From the IMG/VR virus record IMGVR_UViG_3300028410_000003, positions 1 to 38,690 of that record: 38,690 bases of DNA. The stretch is one strand, 5' to 3'. The stretch is from a virus. Its lineage: Duplodnaviria; Caudoviricetes. The translations under genes and the position numbers were made by a program. The notes beneath the pieces were generated by a model. The model was given only the letters and a program-made list of their open reading frames with translations. It did no database searches and had not been told where the DNA came from. How positions within the stretch are numbered: the first letter of the stretch is position 1; every line of letters begins with the position of its first letter. Shown in pieces: positions 19,972 to 28,574 of this stretch.

Positions 19972-22110
19972 ATGGCTGAAATGATTTTAACAGCGGGGCG
20001 TGACTTTCTTAGTCAAGCATCCTCAAGTGTTTTTGCTGGTTTGGGCGACAATGCCGGAGACCTTGGTAATCCCAACTTAACTGGCACTGAGGCGTATACA
20101 GCAACTACTGTACGGGCAGCAGGTACAGCCACAGCAATATATACCACATTAACGTCCAATTCTCGGACGACAACAACCGTATTGACGCTGCGTAAAAACT
20201 CTACTGACACCGATTTGATTATTTCTATCGGGTCTGGTGTTACAGGTAACTTGTCAGACACGGGTTCGGCTGATTTTGCAGACGGTGATACGTTAGGGGT
20301 TGAGTTTGCGACGGGCACAGGAACACAATCTATCACATGTCAAAACATATCGGTTGTGTATGATACTGATAGTGGTTCAGCTCGGCAGGTTTGTACTACT
20401 AGGGATATAGGTTTCGGTGGCACAGGTTCTTTAACCCGCTACGCATCGCCATTAGGGGAGACTTTTTTAACCAGTACAGAAGTAAATGAGCATTGCGTTG
20501 CACCAGTAGCGACAACGTTATCAAATTTACAGGTATATGTTAGAGATAACGGTAGAAGTACAGCCAGCGTTTTTACGGTTCGCAATAACGGAAGCGATGG
20601 CAATCAATCAGTAAGTTTTGGCTCAGGCGTGACAGGCTTGTTAGAGGATACTAGTAACACTGACTCGGTAAGCGCAGGAAATACGTTTAACCTAAAGTTT
20701 GAGCGTGGCACTGGAACTGGAAACTTTACCATTGTTCGCATGGGTGTAATGCAGACTACGGATGGTAGCGGTTTTCCCATATCCTCAGCAGGAAGTGGTG
20801 GCTTTACAACTAGCTCCACAGCTTATTCTCAGTTTTGGGGGGATTGCGACAACTTTAGCTCTGAAAGCGACACAGACCATTTAGTACCTATCGCACTAGA
20901 CTTGAACAACTTGTCTGTAAACGTAGCTTCGAATTCAAGCACCTCTACGACTACTTGGCAGCTTAGGATTAACGGTGTAGATGGTAATCAATCGGTAGCT
21001 TATGGTTCGGGTGTCACAGGGGTTTTACAAGACACAAGTAACACAGATTCAATAAGCGCAAACGATTTAGTTAATTATAAGTGTTCGGGGCAAAATGCAA
21101 ATATTAAGGTGTCTGGAACCTCAATATTTGCAACGCCTGCGGGTGGTGGTGGCTCCGAGGCAGTAGCATCGGCAACAGGAACAAGCACATCCGTATCAGT
21201 AGGTTCAAGCCAGTTTAAAGCCGTTGCAAGCTCTACTGGAACATCAGAAGCAGTGGCGGCGGGACAGGCGACTATCTCAGCGGTTGGTGCAACAAGTGGT
21301 ACATCCTCGGCGTTGGGGGTAGGTGAAAGTGTTTTCTCCGGAGTTGCAACTTCAGAAGGAGATTCAACGACAGCCGCAACAGGTTCAAGCGAGTTTGCAG
21401 CACTAGCATCGTCAACAGGAACATCAACCTCAACCGCTACTGGTGCTAGTAAGTTTGCAGCGATTGCATCGTCAACTGGGGAAAGCTCCGCAGCAGCAAC
21501 AGGTGATTCCACAACAGCAGGAACGGAAGCGGTAGCAAGCTCAGTAGGCACGTCAGAAGCTCTTGCAGTTGGAGCAAGTGCGTTTAAAGCCGTGGCGGTC
21601 ACGAGCGGCACTTCCACGGTCACAGGTGTTTCATTTGTTAGTGGATCGGTTGCAAACGCAGCAGGAAGTTCTACAACTTTAGGTGTTGGGGGTGCTGACT
21701 TCCATGCTGTTGCAGCAAGTAACGGAACTTCAACAACTTCCGCAATAGGGGTGTCAAAATTCTTAGGTGTAGCAAGTTCATCAGGATCAAGCACGTCAAG
21801 CGGAGTTGGTACGGCTGCTATCAAGTCGGTTGGTGCTTCAACTGGTGCATCGGCGGTAAGTGGAATAGGTTCAAGCAAATTCGCTGCAACAGCCGCAGCG
21901 GTTGGGTTATCAACAGTCGCAGCGGTTGGAAGATCTAAGTTTAAATCCTTGGCAAGCTCTACAGGATTGTCAACCGTAATAGGAATAAGTGACTCAACAG
22001 GCATCATAACTTTAGATACGCTTGATCTCCAGTTGCAAATAACCTTGCTAAATAACAGTTTAAACATTAGCATAGTAAAAGAATTAGAACTGATAGTATC
22101 AACAAAATAA
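19972..22110 (+). CDS. Repetitive Ser/Thr/Gly/Ala-rich virion appendage protein
   Basis: Three GSGVTG-containing domains, then ~20-aa tandem repeats. Confidence 0.75.
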   Translation: MAEMILTAGRDFLSQASSSVFAGLGDNAGDLGNPNLTGTEAYTATTVRAAGTATAIYTTLTSNSRTTTTVLTLRKNSTDTDLIISIGSGVTGNLSDTGSADFADGDTLGVEFATGTGTQSITCQNISVVYDTDSGSARQVCTTRDIGFGGTGSLTRYASPLGETFLTSTEVNEHCVAPVATTLSNLQVYVRDNGRSTASVFTVRNNGSDGNQSVSFGSGVTGLLEDTSNTDSVSAGNTFNLKFERGTGTGNFTIVRMGVMQTTDGSGFPISSAGSGGFTTSSTAYSQFWGDCDNFSSESDTDHLVPIALDLNNLSVNVASNSSTSTTTWQLRINGVDGNQSVAYGSGVTGVLQDTSNTDSISANDLVNYKCSGQNANIKVSGTSIFATPAGGGGSEAVASATGTSTSVSVGSSQFKAVASSTGTSEAVAAGQATISAVGATSGTSSALGVGESVFSGVATSEGDSTTAATGSSEFAALASSTGTSTSTATGASKFAAIASSTGESSAAATGDSTTAGTEAVASSVGTSEALAVGASAFKAVAVTSGTSTVTGVSFVSGSVANAAGSSTTLGVGGADFHAVAASNGTSTTSAIGVSKFLGVASSSGSSTSSGVGTAAIKSVGASTGASAVSGIGSSKFAATAAAVGLSTVAAVGRSKFKSLASSTGLSTVIGISDSTGIITLDTLDLQLQITLLNNSLNISIVKELELIVSTK

Positions 22111-22112
22111 GC

Positions 22113-22448
22113 GTGGCAAAAGTGAACAAACTAGCAATTTTTCAAGGTGATTCTAGCGATACGATACAAGTTAAAGTTTTATCGAATGGCGCTCAAGTTA
22201 CGGGATTAATAGCGGCTGGGTACACCGGCACATTTAGTATTGTGGCATCCCTTGGATCCACGCCATTGGTAACAAAAACACTAACCGAGGTTACAAATAC
22301 ATTCCGTTCAACTTTGTTACCGGCTGATACGGCGGGAATAATAGCGGGATTTTACAAAGGAATTGTTCAGGTTATCAATAGTGGGTTAGATTATAAAAAA
22401 GAATACCATTTGGATGTAAGAATAAATGAACAGGGGTTCGTCGAATAA
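22113..22448 (+). CDS. Virion structural protein (BppU N-terminal-like)
   Basis: IFQGD start and LLPADTAG..G.Y motif. Confidence 0.55.
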   Translation: MAKVNKLAIFQGDSSDTIQVKVLSNGAQVTGLIAAGYTGTFSIVASLGSTPLVTKTLTEVTNTFRSTLLPADTAGIIAGFYKGIVQVINSGLDYKKEYHLDVRINEQGFVE

Positions 22449-22461
22449 TGAATGAAATTCT

Positions 22462-22695
22462 ATGAAAAATATATGGCAAACATTATTTCAATGGTCGATT
22501 GCTATCATAGCATCGCTATGTACTTTCTTTGTCAATGATATGCGCACCGATGTAAAAGAGGTTGCTAACGCATTAAACCATCAAAATGTAGTTGTCCAAG
22601 ATTTACTTATTGGTTTAAGAGAGAATGAGACTAAGATATATTACAATGAAAAACGGATTGCAAGGCTAGAAAACAGTCGAGATAGGAGTGAATGA
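22462..22695 (+). CDS. Holin-like membrane protein
   Basis: N-terminal hydrophobic helix plus a coiled coil ending RIARLE; abuts the candidate lysin. Confidence 0.55.
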   Translation: MKNIWQTLFQWSIAIIASLCTFFVNDMRTDVKEVANALNHQNVVVQDLLIGLRENETKIYYNEKRIARLENSRDRSE

Positions 22696-23103
22696 ATGGA
22701 GTTAATACTAAAAAGAACTTATTTCAATGATGCGACAATCGGCACTTTGTCTATTTTAGATGAAGACAATCCGATTTGGCACACTTTAGAGTTGCCTAAT
22801 TTGGGTAATCAGAAAAAAATAAGCTGCATACCAGAGGGTGTGTATTCTGTTATTACGCACGAATCGCCAACGCATAAGAACGTTTGGAAAGTAGAAAATG
22901 TAGAAGATAGGACGGATATATTATTCCATATAGGCAATTGGGCATCTGATACTAAGGGTTGCATTTTGGTGGGTATGTCTGGCGGATATATACATCAAAA
23001 CGGAAAGCCTGCAAAAGCAGTGCATCAAAGTCGGAGTGCATTTAGAAATATGAAAAACGTACTGGGTTATCCTAGTTCCTTCCAACTTTTAATTACGAGT
23101 TAA
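22696..23103 (+). CDS. DUF5675-like protein, candidate endolysin
   Basis: TIGTL, TLELP, SCIPEGVY and ILFHIGN...DTKGCILVG (L,D-transpeptidase-like His/Cys). Confidence 0.8.
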   Translation: MELILKRTYFNDATIGTLSILDEDNPIWHTLELPNLGNQKKISCIPEGVYSVITHESPTHKNVWKVENVEDRTDILFHIGNWASDTKGCILVGMSGGYIHQNGKPAKAVHQSRSAFRNMKNVLGYPSSFQLLITS

Positions 23104-23105
23104 TT

Positions 23106-23513
23106 ATGGCAAGATTGATAAAAGATAAAGATTATGAGCAGGTGGGTTTTAGGTCATACAGGCTTTTGCAGAATCAATCTTATCAAACTAGTATATTTGA
23201 CCAAGATATCCGTACCAAGTTTGGACACTTAAACCCTGATGGTATGTTAACATTATTCGCAGGGTTTTGGTGGGATGGTGCAACAGGGGCAATAGATACA
23301 CCTTCTATTATGCGTGCCTCATTATTTCACGATTGGGTATGTACAAACGTCTTAAATAGCATCCTACCACTATCTTATAGGCGCAAGGGTGATGATATGT
23401 TTTATCTTATCTGTATAGAAGATGATATGCCACGAATACGTGCTGAATATGCACATACTGCTGTTGTGGCATATGGCAAGTTAGTTGTTGAAATCATAGA
23501 AAGTAAGAATTAG
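23106..23513 (+). CDS. DUF1353-like protein
   Basis: GFWWDGAT, ASLFHDW and R.KGDDMF motifs. Confidence 0.75.
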   Translation: MARLIKDKDYEQVGFRSYRLLQNQSYQTSIFDQDIRTKFGHLNPDGMLTLFAGFWWDGATGAIDTPSIMRASLFHDWVCTNVLNSILPLSYRRKGDDMFYLICIEDDMPRIRAEYAHTAVVAYGKLVVEIIESKN

Positions 23514-23797
23514 TAGAATCAATTTGATGTTACAAAAAAGCTGCGCTGGGAGTGGACGGATGCCCCTTGTTATCATGCGCCCGTACAAAACTTGCAGTTT
23601 TCAAGCCGTTAATATTACATTGTTGTAACGGGGAAAAAGTGCTTTAGAGCAATGCGTTTCTTTTATGATTTGTTCACGATATTGATTTCGCTGACATGTT
23701 ATTTTGCATGATATAACAGCACCTTAGCTATTTGATTGTGTTTTGATTAGTGCCTTAATGCTAATCGGCAATAAGTAATTTTAAAAAGTTTTTCATG

Positions 23798-24256
23798 TTA
23801 ATACAATCCCTCAGCTTGCAATATATCTAAAATCTTAGGCATTTGCTTTGCAGCACTTTTATCTTGTTTTAAAATATCTTCATCGCCATAAGCATCAGTA
23901 ATAATTTCATTTATTTCTTTAAATAGCTGCTGTGTTTCTGGTTGCAAAATTAAAGCCTCACTAGCATTTAAAGCCGCTGCTAGATAGCTTAAAACCATAA
24001 TTGATTTTCTAATTATATAATCGTTATCGCTCCAATATTTCACTACTTTCTTTTCTATCCGTTCTGCCCTTCTCAAAAGCTGCCTTGAATTAAGATCTTG
24101 TATATATCCTTTTCTAAGAATATTTAAAGCATCTGCATAAAGCTTTTCATTTTGTGGGCGTTGCTTTATTTGAGCGAAAAGCAAGCCTTCTAAAATGAAT
24201 GGAATAATGGAATCTTCTATTCTATGTAAGTCTTTTTTATACACGGCGTAACACAT
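23798..24256 (-). CDS. Hypothetical protein
   Basis: 152-aa helical ORF overlapping the upstream gene. Confidence 0.75.
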   Translation of the reverse strand: MCYAVYKKDLHRIEDSIIPFILEGLLFAQIKQRPQNEKLYADALNILRKGYIQDLNSRQLLRRAERIEKKVVKYWSDNDYIIRKSIMVLSYLAAALNASEALILQPETQQLFKEINEIITDAYGDEDILKQDKSAAKQMPKILDILQAEGLY

Positions 24257-24653
24257 CCTTTATTTGCAACGCGGCTATTTTTTGCGAAACCATATTGTTA
24301 TAAAGTGGGGCGGATAATTTTTTAGAAGTTTCTTTTAAGGCTGATCTTCGGTATTCCCGTGTTCCGCCCGTTGCCATTGCTTTATATTCGGCTGCATGAG
24401 CTAGCAGTTCTTCATAATATCGAAAGCTTATATCATTAAGATAGTTATACCACCACCGATCAGCATCTTCTTTGGTTTTACCTTGCCTGATAAGATGTGT
24501 TTTTTCATGCTCTATGATTGCCTGAGATAAAGGCTTTTTTGATGGAACGTATATTTTACCATTGTAAGCAAACACAATATCCTTGCTTATAGCTTTTGGG
24601 AAAACTGCAAGAATTTCATCAAAATTAGGTGGGCGGGTGTGTATAATTTCCAT
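24237..24653 (-). CDS. Putative zincin-like metallopeptidase
   Basis: HEKTH (HExxH) followed by Q and a downstream E..A; AAGGA RBS. Confidence 0.65.
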   Translation of the reverse strand: MEIIHTRPPNFDEILAVFPKAISKDIVFAYNGKIYVPSKKPLSQAIIEHEKTHLIRQGKTKEDADRWWYNYLNDISFRYYEELLAHAAEYKAMATGGTREYRRSALKETSKKLSAPLYNNMVSQKIAALQIKDVLRRV

Positions 24654-24654
24654 C

Positions 24655-24834
24655 TTATTTTAATTCCTTAAATTTTTTGCAGCAGAAAGCAGAACAAAAA
24701 GAGTTGTTATGATCGTGCGATTTCCCATAATTTAAACAAATTTTTATAGCTTGTTTATGGCGGCTTTTAAATATTCTTTGCTCTTTGTTTAAAACGCCAG
24801 TTGCAATTAAAAGAGGTAAAATTCCAGAAAACAT
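24655..24834 (-). CDS. 59-aa Cys/His-rich protein (not in ORF track)
   Basis: AAGGA RBS; MFSGILPLL...CLNYGKSHDHNNSFCSAFCCKK. Confidence 0.6.
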   Translation of the reverse strand: MFSGILPLLIATGVLNKEQRIFKSRHKQAIKICLNYGKSHDHNNSFCSAFCCKKFKELK

Positions 24835-24910
24835 TTTCCTTTTTTCCTATTAGTTTTAAAAGTTTAGGGTGTAGGGATGGATAAGAAACCTACACCCAAA
24901 GACCGAAGCC

Positions 24911-25060
24911 TTATCTTCTGCCGCGGCTGCTGGGGTACTCATTAACCACGCTTATGTTTTCCTTCGTAAAGCACTTATCCGGTGCAACACCTTCAATTTG
25001 ACAGTGTGCGGAAGTAACAGCTCCAAAAGAAATTAATGTAATCATAATTAGTGCAAACAT
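24911..25060 (-). CDS. 49-aa exported peptide (not in ORF track)
   Basis: TAAACTAGGAG RBS; MFALIMITLISFGAVTSAHCQIEGVAPDKC... Confidence 0.7.
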   Translation of the reverse strand: MFALIMITLISFGAVTSAHCQIEGVAPDKCFTKENISVVNEYPSSRGRR

Positions 25061-25147
25061 TTTATAAACTCCTAGTTTATTATTAAAAAATTGAGCCTTT
25101 TAAAGCTTACTCAGGCTATTCTTTAGAATCTCTACTTGATCATCCAT

Positions 25148-25477
25148 CTATTTAACCATTTCACGGATTACATTTATCACTAGAATTTTATTTTCTGGTG
25201 ATAACCTTTTCCATAAACACAGAGCATCATTATCAATCTTATGAAGATCAAGAAATTCTTCAGGTATTATTTCAAGAAAATCAATGTCAAGAGCGTTTGC
25301 AAGCTCAACCAATTTTCCAGATGAAATACGGTTTTCACCGGTCTCATATTTGCAAAGCTGCTGTGATGTCACATTTAAAACTTCAGAAACTTGCCTTCTG
25401 CTTTTGCCAGCCTTTTTCCTGATGGCTCTTACTTTTTCACCAAACAATATATCTTTTTCTGTTGATTTACTTGCCAT
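25148..25477 (-). CDS. XRE-family HTH transcriptional regulator
   Basis: GEKVRAIRK...VTSQQLCKYETGENRISSGKL..LA.AL; no peptidase domain. Confidence 0.9.
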   Translation of the reverse strand: MASKSTEKDILFGEKVRAIRKKAGKSRRQVSEVLNVTSQQLCKYETGENRISSGKLVELANALDIDFLEIIPEEFLDLHKIDNDALCLWKRLSPENKILVINVIREMVK

Positions 25478-25554
25478 TTGATTTTCCCTTATGACTAATG
25501 GTTTGTTGGGGGGGGAAAGGTATTAAACCACCCCCCGCCTTCAGGCGTTCTTTA

Positions 25555-25725
25555 TTATTCCTCGGCTATGCTTACAACTTCTGGATCTATATCTTCAGTT
25601 ACATTATTCCAACTGGTAACTAATTCCAAAGCCTTTTGTTCAGCTTCATCATCACTATCAGCGTATATTGTAAGGCTCTTTTTATACTTTGCGTAGTATT
25701 CTACATCAATATTAAACTTTGCCAT
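25555..25725 (-). CDS. 56-aa protein with an ADSDDEAEQKA motif (not in ORF track)
   Basis: Starts 2 bp after the GapR stop; resembles the C-terminus of 36055-36354. Confidence 0.7.
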   Translation of the reverse strand: MAKFNIDVEYYAKYKKSLTIYADSDDEAEQKALELVTSWNNVTEDIDPEVVSIAEE

Positions 25726-25727
25726 TT

Positions 25728-26060
25728 TTAAGCCTTTTTAGTTTCTGATTTATTTTCTTTGATTGCCGGATTATCATCTTCATCAAATAAATCTGGTGAC
25801 ATTCCCAACGCTTTTTTATATGTATATAAAAGATATTCTCGTGCTTCTAAATCGCTTGCTTCAATTTTTCGTATCTTTAATATTTCACGAAGCGTTTTAA
25901 CATCAAATCCAGCACCTTTTGATTCTGCTAGAACCTCGTTGATGTCATTGGTTACGTTGCTTTTTTCTTCTTGCAAGCGTTCTAGGCGTTCTATAAACTG
26001 CTTTAAATGTTCAGCAGATAGACCGCCATAAAATGCGCCTGAATTATGTCCTTTTGCCAT
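25728..26060 (-). CDS. gapR: GapR/DUF2312 nucleoid-associated protein
   Basis: LKQFIERLERLQEEK..I.EV.AE.KG.GFDVK.LR...RK...LY..ALGM signature. Confidence 0.9.
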   Translation of the reverse strand: MAKGHNSGAFYGGLSAEHLKQFIERLERLQEEKSNVTNDINEVLAESKGAGFDVKTLREILKIRKIEASDLEAREYLLYTYKKALGMSPDLFDEDDNPAIKENKSETKKA

Positions 26061-26072
26061 GTTATACCTATA

Positions 26073-27035
26073 TTAAGTGTTAAAAAGTGGTTTTGGTTTA
26101 TCATCTTCAGTTGTGGTTTCAATCATAAGATCAGCTTCAGCTGCTAGTGAACGAACTTCTGCCTGAAAATCTTTTGTGCTTAGTTTTCCTATAATGGCTT
26201 TATCATTTAATTGTAAAGATCTCATAAAACCATCAAGGGCAACAGAGCCTGTAAGGGCAACATCTTTGCATTCCCTCATTAAGTTTCTTAGTCTCATATC
26301 AACCGCTTCACCACTTTCAGACCATTCACGAAGCTTTACACCTATATCTTTAGTAATAAGAGCTTGTTCACCATTGAAAAGATGCCTTAGTGGTTTAGGG
26401 CATTTTGTTATAATTGGTTTTCCCGCAACATTTTCATCCATCATCATTGATAAAGTCATTTCATACATAAAGTTTTTTTCTTGAATTGGCTGTGTACCAC
26501 AATCAACAACTTCGGTTTTACCTGTTTCGGGATTTTTTATAGGCTTGCTTTTTTCTCTTGCTCTTAGGCAAAAGATAATGTGCATGGGGCATTGTGTTAA
26601 AAGATTGATCAATTTCTTATGTGCCATTTTAGCCATTGCCCAGTTAGGCATTCCACGCAATTTATTATTTTCGGCTATATCCTGACAACCGCCGGAACCT
26701 TCCCATTCATGCGAGGCTGAATCAATAATTAAAACAGTCATTTTTTCTTTGATCGCCTCTTGAATTGCAAGAACATATCTTAGAGGCGTAAACGGTTCAG
26801 TTAAAGCTTGCCTGTAATATTGTCCATTAGGCATAGCAGATATTATATCTGGATCATCTGCATACATGCTACCACGTCCGGCTTCTGTGTCTATAAAAGC
26901 CACCTTGCCACCATCAACGCCCTCAGCAATACCACCAGCAATCTGTAATGCACTGTACGTTTTACCGGTTCCTGATTTTCCTGATAGTGATATTAATAAG
27001 GGTACAGCTTCCCTTTTTGCTATTTCATACGCCAT
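26073..27035 (-). CDS. AAA_24/Sak4-like ATPase (recombination)
   Basis: GKSGTGKTYSAL, IDTEAG, IIDSASHEWEG and YEMT motifs. Confidence 0.85.
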   Translation of the reverse strand: MAYEIAKREAVPLLISLSGKSGTGKTYSALQIAGGIAEGVDGGKVAFIDTEAGRGSMYADDPDIISAMPNGQYYRQALTEPFTPLRYVLAIQEAIKEKMTVLIIDSASHEWEGSGGCQDIAENNKLRGMPNWAMAKMAHKKLINLLTQCPMHIIFCLRAREKSKPIKNPETGKTEVVDCGTQPIQEKNFMYEMTLSMMMDENVAGKPIITKCPKPLRHLFNGEQALITKDIGVKLREWSESGEAVDMRLRNLMRECKDVALTGSVALDGFMRSLQLNDKAIIGKLSTKDFQAEVRSLAAEADLMIETTTEDDKPKPLFNT

Positions 27036-27068
27036 AACTTAAAACCCGTCCTTTTTTGTTAATACACT

Positions 27069-27097
27069 ATTATTACCACTATAGATTATAAAAGCAA
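27069..27097 (-). promoter_or_regulatory. Sigma70-type promoter
   Basis: TTGCTT-N17-AATAAT upstream of the ATPase gene. Confidence 0.5.
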
Positions 27098-27206
27098 GCT
27101 TTAATTTATAACTTATGGTATTAAATTTTTACAAGGGAGGGCAATAAACCAAAACGGCTATAACTCAAGTGTCAGTTAAGAACGCCCTCCCCCGATAGCA
27201 CTTTCG

Positions 27207-27419
27207 CTATTCTTGTTTGTTTATAATATCCATAGGCACAAGCTCGCTATTCCACTTGCTCAATGTTTTTGTTACCTCGCTATGCTTCATTATTTTTAGC
27301 ATAAGTGGCACGATTTGCTCCCGAACTTTACGCTTTGAAACCTCATCATCTTCGCCACCGTCAACAGTCATTCTTGAGACACGCTCCTTGTATTCGTATT
27401 CTAGTTCTTCTATATCCAT
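27207..27419 (-). CDS. Hypothetical protein
   Basis: ER...M..DGG motif; abuts the upstream gene. Confidence 0.7.
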   Translation of the reverse strand: MDIEELEYEYKERVSRMTVDGGEDDEVSKRKVREQIVPLMLKIMKHSEVTKTLSKWNSELVPMDIINKQE

Positions 27420-27716
27420 TTAATTCCTGCTCAAGATATCGGCATATTGTTTTTCTACTGGGTTTTCCCAGTTTTGATATTCTTTATATAGTAATTTGAA
27501 TTTATCTTGTGCAATTTGCGAGGTTGCAAGTTCCGAGCGTGAATATATTTTGCAAGTATTACATATAACAAATTTCGCTAGTTCTTCGGTATATGGGTTT
27601 TTAGGGTCTACTTGAAACGTAATCTTTTTGGTATAGCAAAACTCCTGAAACTTCACGTTTTTACAAAGCATAACGGCTCTTATTCTGATTTTTTCACCAG
27701 TAGTTTTTTCTGTCAT
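27420..27716 (-). CDS. Phage hypothetical protein
   Basis: LC....FQ.F and C.I.SRSEL motifs; GAGG RBS. Confidence 0.75.
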   Translation of the reverse strand: MTEKTTGEKIRIRAVMLCKNVKFQEFCYTKKITFQVDPKNPYTEELAKFVICNTCKIYSRSELATSQIAQDKFKLLYKEYQNWENPVEKQYADILSRN

Positions 27717-28039
27717 ACGATCCTCTTAATTTGTTGTTTAGTCCATTCAATCATATTATCTTGTGTGGTATATAGAGCTTCAAAAGACTTGGTTCCTTTG
27801 TGAACTGCATATCCAAAAGGCAATGGTGTTTGCGCTGAATGGTGGTTAACACACAAACCTATTGTCAAATAATGGCTTGCCCTTAGTGCCATGCCGCACC
27901 CTGTTTTGTGGTGAACTTCTATTTTATAAGAACAATCTTTTTTGTGTTCCGGGTAGTGATTGCCAATATAACAACCCAAATCAGCTACCTTTCCCATGTA
28001 TTCAGATTCTTCTTTTGTGGGCGGTTTTTTATTTACCAT
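27713..28039 (-). CDS. Ref-like (recombination enhancement) HNH nuclease
   Basis: VADLGC, EVHH, ASHY.TIGLC..HH and VH.G.KSFE motifs; start reassigned to the ATG at 28039. Confidence 0.8.
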   Translation of the reverse strand: MVNKKPPTKEESEYMGKVADLGCYIGNHYPEHKKDCSYKIEVHHKTGCGMALRASHYLTIGLCVNHHSAQTPLPFGYAVHKGTKSFEALYTTQDNMIEWTKQQIKRIV

Positions 28040-28487
28040 GTCTTTCTTCAAATCGTCTACGGTTTTCAGAGTGCCAAGCCATAACATTTGTTACAAATTC
28101 TATATCTTGTTTAGTGTGGTTTAAATCAATTATATAGCTTTGCTTTCCTCCAATATCTGCAACAAAAACAAATCCATTTTTATCTAATAGTCGCTTGCTT
28201 GCAACATTATCAGGGGTTACAAGGGCAAGCATTTTATTATAACCATCTCTAGCAATCATCTTTAAATATTTAGGTAGCTCTTTACTCATAACGCCTTTAT
28301 TCCAGCATTCTTCATTAAGCTTATATTCAAGATGTGGAATAGATCCCTTTCTGAAATATTCCACTAGTTGCAAATATCCTATAACCTCCCGCCCTTCTTT
28401 TATTTCGTGGGTATAAAAAGGCTTTGGATTCTGTTTTTCTATATATTTACTGTTACGGCTTGGTAGTTCTGGCGTTGGCACGTGCAT
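28029..28487 (-). CDS. GNAT N-acetyltransferase (RimJ/RimL-like)
   Basis: YKL...WNKGVMS and DNVASKRLLDKNGF motifs. Confidence 0.85.
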   Translation of the reverse strand: MHVPTPELPSRNSKYIEKQNPKPFYTHEIKEGREVIGYLQLVEYFRKGSIPHLEYKLNEECWNKGVMSKELPKYLKMIARDGYNKMLALVTPDNVASKRLLDKNGFVFVADIGGKQSYIIDLNHTKQDIEFVTNVMAWHSENRRRFEERHGK

Positions 28488-28574
28488 CTTAAAACCTATT
28501 ATTGATTATTATATAATGGGAAGTGTGCGGCTATACCTACGTTAAATAACCACCTACGACACACCCCCATAAAG

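Noticed and set aside
21075-22073. 332-aa antisense ORF
   Set aside because: Mirror of the Ser/Thr/Ala/Gly repeat region; no independent signals
23696-23730. dif-like XerCD site
   Set aside because: Only a partial XerD-like arm (TCATGCAAAAT on the minus strand); no XerC arm at 6-bp spacing
25508-25515. G8 tract as a phase-variation switch
   Set aside because: Intergenic and paired with C6 at 25531-25536 as a stem; no promoter spacer context seen
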